DNA of 64,000 nt from Candidatus Melainabacteria bacterium 17Bon1m (GTDB lineage: Bacteria; Cyanobacteriota; Vampirovibrionia; Obscuribacterales; Obscuribacteraceae): the NCBI GenBank assembly GCA_032128875.1, contig JAVLKG010000001.1, forward strand, positions 608,001 through 672,000, read 5' to 3'. The stretch's first letter is position 1; the number at the start of each line of letters is the position of its first letter. Shown here one piece after another: positions 49,721-58,495 of the stretch. The position numbers and the translations under genes were made by a program. The notes below the pieces were generated by a model. It was not told the origin of the DNA. It ran no database searches and worked only from the letters and a program-made list of their open reading frames with translations.

Positions 49721-50836
49721 ATGAATAAAGTTGCACGATACAGGTCAAGATCCATACGCTCTGCAAGAGGGGCTCTTGGTTCGCTGCTGTTCTTGTTTGG
49801 AATATTCATCACACTTCTCTTCGCAATTGTTGCTGTTGATATATCGCACTTTGTTTCGGCAAATGCCGAACTTCAGTGTGCGGCAGACGCAGCAGCGATG
49901 ATGGGCGCATATGATCTGCAATGGAATTCGACTGGTGCCAATCTGACAAGCGCGACTGCTGATGCTCGTTATATGGCTACAAAGTGTGTAGCCGATTACT
50001 ATGGGCCTTCTGGCATTTCTATTCCAACCGCAAGTGTCAACGTCAGCTTTTCATCATTAAACGGCGGGACAAACAACGCAATTACGGTCACGATGAATCC
50101 GCCCATTGTTTTTTTGTTTGCTCCATTCATTGGTAATTTCAACAGGCTTGTGGGAGTTTCTGCAACCGCGGAGAGACTACCTATCTCTACCGCACCGGCA
50201 CCGCCCTGGTATTTGGGAACAGATTTCCAGACAGGACCCGATCCTCAGAAGACTCCTTCAACTCTGCCCTCTCCTTCGCCGGCTCCACCGACAACTTTTC
50301 CTACCAATGGATACATAACTTTCGTCGATAGCTCAAAGTTGAAACAGCCGGGCGTTAAGAATGCCCCACCAATATTACCAACGTACTGGGTGGATATGGG
50401 TTTGAGCAATCTGTCTAACGCTAAAACTAACCCGCCCGGCGTCGCCAGTGTGATCAAATGCATGGGGCAATGCGTCACCAGCACCGCATGCAATACTACG
50501 AACCCAATCGTAATTGGTGGCTCGCATATTATCGCCAATCACGGATCTTACAACTCCAATGTTTCCAATCCTGATGGTAACTCCGCTGAATGGACTAATG
50601 GACAGAATGTGCTTTTGCCCGTGACCACCAACGACAACGTCGTGAGTGTATATGTGGTCAAACTCACAGGACCATATGTACCCAACAGTTATACCCACGG
50701 TCAGGGTGTATTCGGGGAGTTTGGAGTTCAGTTTGTTGGTTCTGCCGACAATATCCCGGGTGTGACAGTCATGAATCCTACTCAAGGCGCTGTGTACCAA
50801 AACGTCGGTGCAACTGTTGCAGCATTGGTGAAATAG
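49721..50836 (+). CDS. tadG: TadG-like Tad pilus protein
   Basis: RG|ALG leader; AVDISH...LQCAADAAAMMGA signature. Confidence 0.82.
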   Translation: MNKVARYRSRSIRSARGALGSLLFLFGIFITLLFAIVAVDISHFVSANAELQCAADAAAMMGAYDLQWNSTGANLTSATADARYMATKCVADYYGPSGISIPTASVNVSFSSLNGGTNNAITVTMNPPIVFLFAPFIGNFNRLVGVSATAERLPISTAPAPPWYLGTDFQTGPDPQKTPSTLPSPSPAPPTTFPTNGYITFVDSSKLKQPGVKNAPPILPTYWVDMGLSNLSNAKTNPPGVASVIKCMGQCVTSTACNTTNPIVIGGSHIIANHGSYNSNVSNPDGNSAEWTNGQNVLLPVTTNDNVVSVYVVKLTGPYVPNSYTHGQGVFGEFGVQFVGSADNIPGVTVMNPTQGAVYQNVGATVAALVK

Positions 50837-50857
50837 ACCGAAGGCAGAAGGTAGCCC

Positions 50858-51937
50858 GTGAGATTCCTGCTATATGTTTTGCTTGCAGTCTTCTTGAGCA
50901 ATCAGGTGGCATCTGCTGTCACCAGCAGCGATTCCAGAACACGCACCATCGACTTTCCCACTAAAGGTTTGGGAAAGTATTACATTGAAGATGCGAAGTC
51001 ACCTTTTCTTGCTCAATGGCCTGAACTTGCTGAAAGAAAATGGGCGAAAGGGCGTGTCACTGTTCCATACGATGCGATCGTCGGTGTCGAGACTTATTGG
51101 TGTACCGGAGATTGTCTTCCAGACTTGCGCTTGCTAAAGGCTGGCGACATACAGATTTTAGATGTTGACGGCTCTGTGCTTACACATGCCGGCTTGAAGC
51201 ACATCTGCAAGATGAATGGACTGAAGAAACTCGTTTTAGAAGGAACTGACGTAGACGATCGTGATGTGGATTTGGTCGCCCGGCGCATGCCCGCATTGCA
51301 GGAGTTGAAAATTGGATACACCCGCGTAACAAATAACGCCTTAGATGCCGTTGCAAAAATGCGGTCGCTAAGAAAACTCTCCCTACAGAGGAACAAAATC
51401 TCAAGTGCAGGCGTTGCGCGACTGGCTGACTCGGCAAGTTTGTCAGAGTTGTGCTTGAAAGAAACCAAGGTCGACGATGATGTATTTGCTGCGCTTACGA
51501 AGTGCAAAAGACTGACCGCCCTCAATCTCGCAAAGACTAAGATCTCTGACAAGGGGCTTTCCGCGCTCCTGTCTATGCGTTCACTGCGCAAACTTGATCT
51601 GAGTGAGAACAAAATTTCCGATACCTCAGTGTGCAACATATTGCCAAAGCTGGAGAATTTGGAAGAACTCAATTTGAGCGGAACGCAGGTGACGGACAAA
51701 GGAGTTATGTCTCTTGGAAAACTCAAGCATCTGCGCAGACTTTGGCTGCGAGATCTCGCCAGTGTCTCCGATGCATCTGTTCCAAGTTTGATTGTTCACT
51801 CAAAAATGCAAGACTTAGAACTACAAAAAACAAATATCAGCTCTAACGGAATACAAAAGCTAGCGAGCGCTTTGCCGAACTCGGAGGTTCATTCCCACGC
51901 CCTGTGCAAATGCCGCAAGCAAAGTCGCGTGAATTAG
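50858..51937 (+). CDS. Exported leucine-rich-repeat protein (RNI-like, ~24-aa LRRs)
   Basis: Signal peptide; about 10 LxxLxLxxTxVxD repeats. Confidence 0.88.
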   Translation: MRFLLYVLLAVFLSNQVASAVTSSDSRTRTIDFPTKGLGKYYIEDAKSPFLAQWPELAERKWAKGRVTVPYDAIVGVETYWCTGDCLPDLRLLKAGDIQILDVDGSVLTHAGLKHICKMNGLKKLVLEGTDVDDRDVDLVARRMPALQELKIGYTRVTNNALDAVAKMRSLRKLSLQRNKISSAGVARLADSASLSELCLKETKVDDDVFAALTKCKRLTALNLAKTKISDKGLSALLSMRSLRKLDLSENKISDTSVCNILPKLENLEELNLSGTQVTDKGVMSLGKLKHLRRLWLRDLASVSDASVPSLIVHSKMQDLELQKTNISSNGIQKLASALPNSEVHSHALCKCRKQSRVN

Positions 51938-52024
51938 GCACTGAATGCTATGACAACTGTTCGGGCTCTTACGCACAAGAGCTTAGTGATGGCGCGCTTT
52001 TTCAGTGTCTGATTTAATGCCTAT

Positions 52025-52732
52025 ATGGACACCTCCAGAGTAAAAACATGTGCTGATGCGAACAGGCTATCCCGGCTGTTGACCTTCGATCATGAATTGC
52101 TGCATGCTCCACGAAAGCGGACAACATCTGTATTGATTGGAACAGATGAGGTCGGCCGTGGCTGTTTGGCCGGACCCGTAGTCGCCGCAGCGGTGATCAT
52201 GCCGCCCATTGAAGATGGTTCGGAATTGGCGGCAAATCTCGCCGCGCTCAATGATTCAAAGCAAGTACCACCCAAGAAAAGGGCAGAACTAGCTATTTTA
52301 TTGATGGACGTTTGTAGATTTGCGATCGCGGAGGCTAGTGCGGCAGAAGTTGATAAGCTGAATGTTTTGTACGCAAGTCTTCTTGCTATGCGGCGCGCCG
52401 TTCGAAAGCTTAGGGTTATGGAGCCTGCTTTGATCGCTGTGGATGGAAACCAAAAAATCAAGTCACTTAGATGCGAGCAAGTTACCATCGTCGATGGCGA
52501 TACCTTTTCCGCCTCCGTTGCTGCCGCATCAATCATCGCGAAGGTATATCGCGACGACTTGATGGTCAGGCTCTCCAAAAAGCACCCCGCATATTGTTGG
52601 GAATCAAACAAAGGGTATCGCTCAAGGCACCACTGGGCCGCTATCCACGAACACGGAATGACGCGCAGTCACAGGCGCCGGTTTGTCGAGCGATGGCTTG
52701 ATACTGAAGCGTCAGACAACGACGAAGTTTGA
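52025..52732 (+). CDS. rnhB: Ribonuclease HII
   Basis: GTDEVGRGCLAGPVV, LNDSK, VDGN, AAASIIAKV.RD, NKGY. Confidence 0.96.
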   Translation: MDTSRVKTCADANRLSRLLTFDHELLHAPRKRTTSVLIGTDEVGRGCLAGPVVAAAVIMPPIEDGSELAANLAALNDSKQVPPKKRAELAILLMDVCRFAIAEASAAEVDKLNVLYASLLAMRRAVRKLRVMEPALIAVDGNQKIKSLRCEQVTIVDGDTFSASVAAASIIAKVYRDDLMVRLSKKHPAYCWESNKGYRSRHHWAAIHEHGMTRSHRRRFVERWLDTEASDNDEV

Positions 52733-52736
52733 TTGA

Positions 52737-54467
52737 TTACTTGAGCTGACACTTATTTGCATTGCTTTGAATGCAGAAGTGTTCGTTGAGCAGTGTCTGT
52801 GTTGGATCTGCAACGCTCTCTAAGCGCCATTCTCCACGTTGCGCAATCAATTTGTGAATGGGAGCTTTGGATACAAATTTCTGGAAGCTCTCCTGATAGA
52901 GCACCAGGTGTTCTCCAGGAAATGCCATCACCGCACCGTAGTCATAAAAGCTCTGAATGTTGGCTACTCGTTTTTTTGCATAAAAGGACGCGGAGGGATT
53001 ACTGCACCATATTTCACTTATCGACTCAGGGTTTCTACTTATAGCCAAATCCAGCAATGCCGCATAGTCACGTTGGTGATATTCGTAGAATTGTACGAAA
53101 AGGAAAGGAACGAGAACTGCGCTTAGTACGGCACACGACAAAATGAGAAAGTGCGTAGCCTCTTTGACGAATTTTTGTCGCCAGATTGAAAAAGCAAAGA
53201 TGCCCAAAACTGTGGCGTATGCGCCGAAAATTAGATAGATCGAAGTTGTCTTTGCGACCGTATCTGCGTGCAGCGCGTCAAAAAGTTTTGGTATCGCTGC
53301 TAGTGACACGATCATAGCGAGCAGTCCGCCATTCAAAAGGAATTTTGGCTTCTTCAATCGAAGTGCTGTGTTGAAAGCCGCAGCCACTAGTATTGCTGCA
53401 GCTGGATACAGCGGGAGCATGTACGTGGGCAGTTTGCCTTTCAGTACTGAGAATCCAGAGAATACGGTTATACAAATGGATGCGCAAAACAACAGCAGTT
53501 GGTAGCGTTTAGTTTGAACTGTTCGCTTCGCCCACCATTTCTTTAACAGTGGAATCATGAACGCAAAGAAAGCAGACCATGGAAAGGTTGTTATGGCAAT
53601 TATTGGAATATAAAACCAAAATGGCTGTGCATGATTGTTGGCAATCGTGCCGGCAGCGCGCTGAAAGTTTTGCACGATAAAAAAGTCTTTTAAATACGCG
53701 CCGTGCGTTGCAATTCCTACTGCTACGTACCAAGGGACTGCAATAGCCGCAGCAATAAGGAGGCCAGGAACTGACCTAAAGAGTACGAGCTTTTTAAATG
53801 TTTCCGCTGGCTGAAACTGTTTCTCGCTTGCAAGAAAGTAGATCAAAAATGCTCCCAGCGTAATCAGGAATGCTATTGGTCCTTTGGTTAAGAGCGCTAT
53901 TCCTAGCGCAATCCAACCCAATAGTTGGAACTTCTTTGATTGCTCTTTCCAGCCAATAAAAAACGAGAACAAACTCAGATTCAGAAAAAGAGCCAGCGGC
54001 ATATCGGTAAGCGAAACTCTGGCTAATATCGAGAAAAGGTAGCTGGACACTAAAATAAGGCCAGCGAACCAGGCTGTACGTGAGTTTGCATAACGTCGCG
54101 CAAATGCAAATGTCGCTACGCACAACGCCGATGCACAGAGCGCCGACGGCAGACGGGAAGCAAATTCCGAGACACCCAAGACGGCATAGCTGGCTGCAAT
54201 TAGCCAGTGCGTGAGGATTGGCTTGTCGTTGTAAGGTGCGTAGTTTAAGGTCGGAACAATGAAGTTATTGCTTTCAAGCAATTCTCGCGCCGACTCAGCA
54301 AAGAATCCGTCGCTCGGATCAATGATGCGCGTGATTCCCAACGTCGGAAGCAAACTCAAAAGGGCAATGGCAAACAGAAGCAACGCGAGGGTTTTATCGC
54401 TTAGCTTCAATTTCACCGCCTGCAATTGAGCAGACTTTGTATTTGAAGGCACAGAAAGTTCGAGCAT
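52737..54467 (-). CDS. ArnT/PMT-family (GT-C) membrane glycosyltransferase
   Basis: DG.FAESARE, DKPILTHW, RLPSAL, DMPL, LTKGP, KLPTY.LP; many TM helices. Confidence 0.9.
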   Translation of the reverse strand: MLELSVPSNTKSAQLQAVKLKLSDKTLALLLFAIALLSLLPTLGITRIIDPSDGFFAESARELLESNNFIVPTLNYAPYNDKPILTHWLIAASYAVLGVSEFASRLPSALCASALCVATFAFARRYANSRTAWFAGLILVSSYLFSILARVSLTDMPLALFLNLSLFSFFIGWKEQSKKFQLLGWIALGIALLTKGPIAFLITLGAFLIYFLASEKQFQPAETFKKLVLFRSVPGLLIAAAIAVPWYVAVGIATHGAYLKDFFIVQNFQRAAGTIANNHAQPFWFYIPIIAITTFPWSAFFAFMIPLLKKWWAKRTVQTKRYQLLLFCASICITVFSGFSVLKGKLPTYMLPLYPAAAILVAAAFNTALRLKKPKFLLNGGLLAMIVSLAAIPKLFDALHADTVAKTTSIYLIFGAYATVLGIFAFSIWRQKFVKEATHFLILSCAVLSAVLVPFLFVQFYEYHQRDYAALLDLAISRNPESISEIWCSNPSASFYAKKRVANIQSFYDYGAVMAFPGEHLVLYQESFQKFVSKAPIHKLIAQRGEWRLESVADPTQTLLNEHFCIQSNANKCQLK

Positions 54468-54613
54468 ATGGCCGCGCTTTTTCGGCAATCCGATTAGAGA
54501 TTGCCGGGTTCTTGTACGTAAGTATTGGCACCAAGCAAGATTACTCACTAATGCGTGCGTTGAAATTGCAGTGCGTTAATGAATCCTATTGGATACGCGA
54601 TGATGAAGAACAA

Positions 54614-55264
54614 TTAGTTCAGTTTTTGTCTTTTTACTCGCGCCCAGTGAAGAACACTTCCGCGTACATTCGTCTCTGTCTGTGAGTTTCCGTAGCCGTA
54701 GCCGGCACCAGAAGCACCACTACTAGCTGGGCCTCCGGCAGTGTAATTCGGCACGCCGTGGCCTCCACCTTTGACCATTTGTGGTGGCGCTCCATATCCC
54801 TTGTATGGAGTGTAGGTTTTTACAGACGGTGCTCCACCCGATGCGGTTTTGGGCTTGCTTGTTGAAGCTTTTGAAGACTTGAGTTTGCCTGCCTTTCCTC
54901 TCATGCCCGTCGGATCGGGAGGTAAGGCGGCCGGTTGTGGCACCCCATTTGCTGTTTTGGGCAGATTGGTGCTCAAGCCTGGAACGAACTGTGAATACGG
55001 TGTCCATCCTGCTTTTGGCAGGGCGCGGCCCAGACCTGGTGCCGCACCTGGTCCAGCTCCAGCGCCAGCTTGTGGGTTTGTGCGCTGGTCGTTGACCGCG
55101 GGGGCGTCGTCGGTGATGGTAATTTGTCGGCGTGCCATATAGAAGTGACCCATGTTCGGATTATCAGTTGCATAACCCTGAGCCTGGGCGCCTTGCCACG
55201 CGCCGATCGTGGCCGTAAGGGCCAGGAATGCCGACGCTGATGTCAGGGCAGGTAGTTTCATCAA
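54614..55264 (-). CDS. Exported Pro/Gly-rich hypothetical protein
   Basis: RBS ggaga; signal peptide ending AQA; low complexity. Confidence 0.65.
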   Translation of the reverse strand: MMKLPALTSASAFLALTATIGAWQGAQAQGYATDNPNMGHFYMARRQITITDDAPAVNDQRTNPQAGAGAGPGAAPGLGRALPKAGWTPYSQFVPGLSTNLPKTANGVPQPAALPPDPTGMRGKAGKLKSSKASTSKPKTASGGAPSVKTYTPYKGYGAPPQMVKGGGHGVPNYTAGGPASSGASGAGYGYGNSQTETNVRGSVLHWARVKRQKLN

Positions 55265-55566
55265 AAGTCTCCAGGAATGTCAGCCGGTAAGCTCCCCGGC
55301 GGTCTTAGTTCAGTTTAATGCGGTTCAAACATTGATGTCAAGGAATTTGAATGTTCGCACAACCCGCACCTGCTTTTGGTTTGGGTTTGCCCCTCCTGCA
55401 TTTTAGACAATCAGCCTGGAAAATGCTTACCGGTGCTGCCAAACTTGAGCTCTACGAAAGCTAATTGAAGTCTTTTCTTGTATTAGAGGCACTTCGGGAT
55501 TGGATGCCAAGAAAGTGTTAGACTCAAACGCTTAATCGAAGTACTGGCGGGAGTTTTTGGCTAGAG

Positions 55567-56427
55567 ATGCTTAGTTCATTGACTCAGAAAGAAATGAAAG
55601 AAACCGATGGCAGGAGAATTCTTGGAATTATTGCCGGGGATGGCAAACTGCCGGCTATGCTTGCGCAGTCAGCTAAGGAGAAAGGCTACAAGGTTGTTTC
55701 GCTAGCTCTCACAGAGGATGCTCTGGCTCGAATGCAGCCTCTCTGTGACGCTATCATGCATTCCCCACCGGGTTTGCTCGGACGCAACATCAGCTATCTA
55801 AAGAGTCAGGGCGTTCAAGATGTCGTGTTCATCGGAAAATTGAACAAAGTTCAATTGCTTCGAAACATATTGAAGATTGATTTGACCGCGATAAAAGAGA
55901 TGAGCAAGCTGGCCAATCTCAATGATGGCAGCATACAAACCGCAGTAGGCGGTTTTATGGAAAGCCATGGAATGCGGGTGGTAACACAATCCGAATTTTT
56001 GCCGCAACTATTTCCGTCAGTTGGCGTCATGACTAAGAAGCAGCCAACTGCGGCAGAGTACGTTGATATTGAGTATGGATACAAGATTGCTAAAGAACTC
56101 GCTCGCATGGAAATCGGTCAGACAGTGGTGGTTCGAGATCGCATGATTATTGCGATTGAGGCTATTGAGGGTACTGATGAGGCCATTAGGCGAGGCGTGC
56201 AGTTGGCTGATGGTCCGGTAATTGTGGTTAAGGTCGCACGTCCTGTGCAGGACCAGCGATTCGACATTCCAGCTGCCGGTCTGCGCACACTGAACGCGAT
56301 GCTCGCCAAAAAGCCAGGCGGCGTCCTTGCTGTAGCAGCAGGAGAAGTGATGATGGTTGAGCAAGAAGAGATGATCCGCTTTGCCGATGAACATCAGATT
56401 GCCATCGTTGCCGTGAGCGGAGATTGA
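55567..56427 (+). CDS. lpxI: UDP-2,3-diacylglucosamine diphosphatase LpxI
   Basis: GIIAGDGKLP, IGQTVVV, AIEAIEGTD, QDQRFDIP. Confidence 0.9.
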   Translation: MLSSLTQKEMKETDGRRILGIIAGDGKLPAMLAQSAKEKGYKVVSLALTEDALARMQPLCDAIMHSPPGLLGRNISYLKSQGVQDVVFIGKLNKVQLLRNILKIDLTAIKEMSKLANLNDGSIQTAVGGFMESHGMRVVTQSEFLPQLFPSVGVMTKKQPTAAEYVDIEYGYKIAKELARMEIGQTVVVRDRMIIAIEAIEGTDEAIRRGVQLADGPVIVVKVARPVQDQRFDIPAAGLRTLNAMLAKKPGGVLAVAAGEVMMVEQEEMIRFADEHQIAIVAVSGD

Positions 56428-56623
56428 AGTAATTATCGGCACGACACGCTAGTCCTGAGTCAGATTGCGAAGTCGACGAGGTTGCGGAGCTGGCGAAGAC
56501 ACTAGGGAAAACCCTGAAAATCTCCGGTCAATTTGGTCGTGTGTATTCATTAGAGCCGGTGCAATAATAATGCCAAGCCTGTTTCCAGTTTTGAGTTCGA
56601 TTCCTGTTGGAGGAAACTTCTAA

Positions 56624-58018
56624 GTGTTTGATCCTCTTGTCACTCCAAAGCGCCTTCATTCAGTAGTTGTCGCAGCTCTAATTGCTGGCACCATCTTGGT
56701 CGGACCTGCGCATGCGCAAGACGCTAAAGGCGTAAAGGTTACTAAATCTGTTTCGCAAACAACCACAGAAGTAGCGCAGCAATCTGCTGAATTAAAACAT
56801 GAACCTGCTGACGTCAAAGAGCGATCTGCTGAAGTTAAAGAGCGATCTGCTGAAGCTAAAGAGCGATCTGCCGCTGATCTGAAAACAACAGACGCTGCAA
56901 AACCAGCAGCAAGAGCTGTTCTAGACGACCCTGCGCTGATTAAGACTGAGCAGGCTGAGTTGGGTGAGAAAGCTATTTATAAAGACGGTAAGCTTTTGCG
57001 CGAAGCTGACGTTGCTGCTCAGCAACTGGCTCAGGCTCAAGCTCTCGACCATTTCGATCTTTCCAAATTTTATTTTGGTCAGTTCGATTTTAAGATGTGC
57101 GAATTAGAGTTGGAAGCGGCAATTATGTACATGCCTGCCATGAAAGTCGCTCACAGAGACTATTGTGTTGTTTCGCTTCTTACCGGTCATCCGCTTCGCT
57201 CCCTTGCCGAACTGATGATGGTGATTGGTGTAGGTGAGCCGGTGCCGCTTACCGATGCGGAAAAGGTAGAGTTGAAGGCGCGTGGCGCAAAACTGCACTA
57301 TCGCAAAGCGCTCGAGTACGGAAAGAAAGATAAGTGGGATAACGCCATAGCAGAGCTGCAGTGGGCATTGGATTTCACTCCTACAAATACTGCAATCAAA
57401 CGTTCGCTTGCTTTTGCACTGGCCAGCAAAGGCGAGTTCGATATGGCTGAAGAAACCTACAAAGAAAGCCTTGCAGCAGAACCGGATGATCCGTACGCGC
57501 ATGCAGATTTTGCATATCTGCTCTCAGACAAAGGGGATCAAAGCAAGGCATTCAGCCAGTTGGCTCAGGCTGTAAAACTCGCACCGCAAGCGGCGGCTCT
57601 GCACGTCGATCTTGCTTGGATGGCTGAAACAAAGGGCGATTTCAAGCTTGCGTCCGACGAACTTGAAAAAGCGATCAAGATCAGCCCGGCGCATGCCGGA
57701 CTGTGGGCGCATCTTGGACGTGTAGACGAAAGAAAGGGTGACGTCGATGGCGCGATCGCTGCTTACAATCGCGCTCTAAATGTTGATCCCGGTCAGTTTG
57801 AAGCAAAACGCAGGTTGGAAGTAATCAAGGCTGAGGAGGCGAAAAGCAAGTCTGCTACGCCGGAAGGGGAAGGTGCTAATCCGACCGCCGAACCCGGTGG
57901 TGAGCAAGCGCCGCGTGGTAATGGGCAGTCCACGGACAAATCCAAGGAACCACTCAAGGGTGGATCACCATCTGCGAATGTGCGAACCAGTCAAAAGCTC
58001 AATCACAGAAGCATCTAA
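56624..58018 (+). CDS. Exported TPR protein with repetitive linker
   Basis: Signal peptide ending AHA; multiple canonical TPRs; SAEVKER repeats. Confidence 0.85.
   Translation: MFDPLVTPKRLHSVVVAALIAGTILVGPAHAQDAKGVKVTKSVSQTTTEVAQQSAELKHEPADVKERSAEVKERSAEAKERSAADLKTTDAAKPAARAVLDDPALIKTEQAELGEKAIYKDGKLLREADVAAQQLAQAQALDHFDLSKFYFGQFDFKMCELELEAAIMYMPAMKVAHRDYCVVSLLTGHPLRSLAELMMVIGVGEPVPLTDAEKVELKARGAKLHYRKALEYGKKDKWDNAIAELQWALDFTPTNTAIKRSLAFALASKGEFDMAEETYKESLAAEPDDPYAHADFAYLLSDKGDQSKAFSQLAQAVKLAPQAAALHVDLAWMAETKGDFKLASDELEKAIKISPAHAGLWAHLGRVDERKGDVDGAIAAYNRALNVDPGQFEAKRRLEVIKAEEAKSKSATPEGEGANPTAEPGGEQAPRGNGQSTDKSKEPLKGGSPSANVRTSQKLNHRSI
56783..56873 (+). repeat. Intragenic 21-bp repeat encoding SAEVKER
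   Basis: ctgctga recurs at 56784, 56805, 56826 and 56847; aaagagcgatctgc occurs three times. Confidence 0.8.
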
Positions 58019-58108
58019 GCCGTTCGAAGTATCGAAGCCGATTAAAAGTATCGAAGCCGCTCAAACCTCACATACGTGCAAAAACTCCCCGACGTGCAAA
58101 AACCTCCC
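58017..58108. repeat. Two sets of short direct repeats after the TPR gene
   Basis: aagtatcgaagccg at 58027 and 58046; acgtgcaaaaac at 58074 and 58092. Confidence 0.75.
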
Positions 58109-58137
58109 AAAGCCACACGCACTGGGCAAACTCGTTT

Positions 58138-58291
58138 GGTTGTTATCAAATTGTGCCAGCAGCAATAGCCGCCCTAAATGCGCGCGGCGATCTTCCACGG
58201 CGCGAGGCCCTAGGCAACTCGCGCACAGGCAGGGTGTCCACCGCATTAGCACTATCTGGCTATCTCTGGGCAGATCAACACCGCGACCTGT
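58138..58291 (-). ncRNA. Candidate long-hairpin non-coding RNA, family unassigned
   Basis: Nested complementary segments (tgccag/ctgggca, atagcc/ggctat, ctaaatgcg/cgcattag, gcgcgag/ctcgcgc) just downstream of a minus-strand promoter. Confidence 0.35.
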
Positions 58292-58297
58292 ATATTT

Positions 58298-58325
58298 ATT
58301 ATACATACATTTGTATGTGGGTCAA
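58298..58325 (-). promoter_or_regulatory. Near-consensus sigma70 promoter with a palindromic operator in the spacer
   Basis: TTGACC-16 bp-TATAAT on the minus strand; ACATACA-tt-TGTATGT at 58303-58318. Confidence 0.65.
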
Positions 58326-58495
58326 GTTTAAAAGTGAGTTCCAGACTTTTCGATGCTTGAGCGCAAGAGTGTCAGCCTGTTTGCCTTAGGAGCTTTACGT
58401 ACTTTCCCCAATGACTTCTCTTCTTCTTTAACATAAGCTCAGAGACCTAAGGCTTCATCAGATCCTAAAGCGAAGAGCTTGAGTCGGGAGATTGA

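Noticed and set aside
58153-58163. gtgccagcagc matches the start of the 16S rRNA 515F primer site
   Set aside because: Only 11 nt match; the flanks are not rRNA-like.
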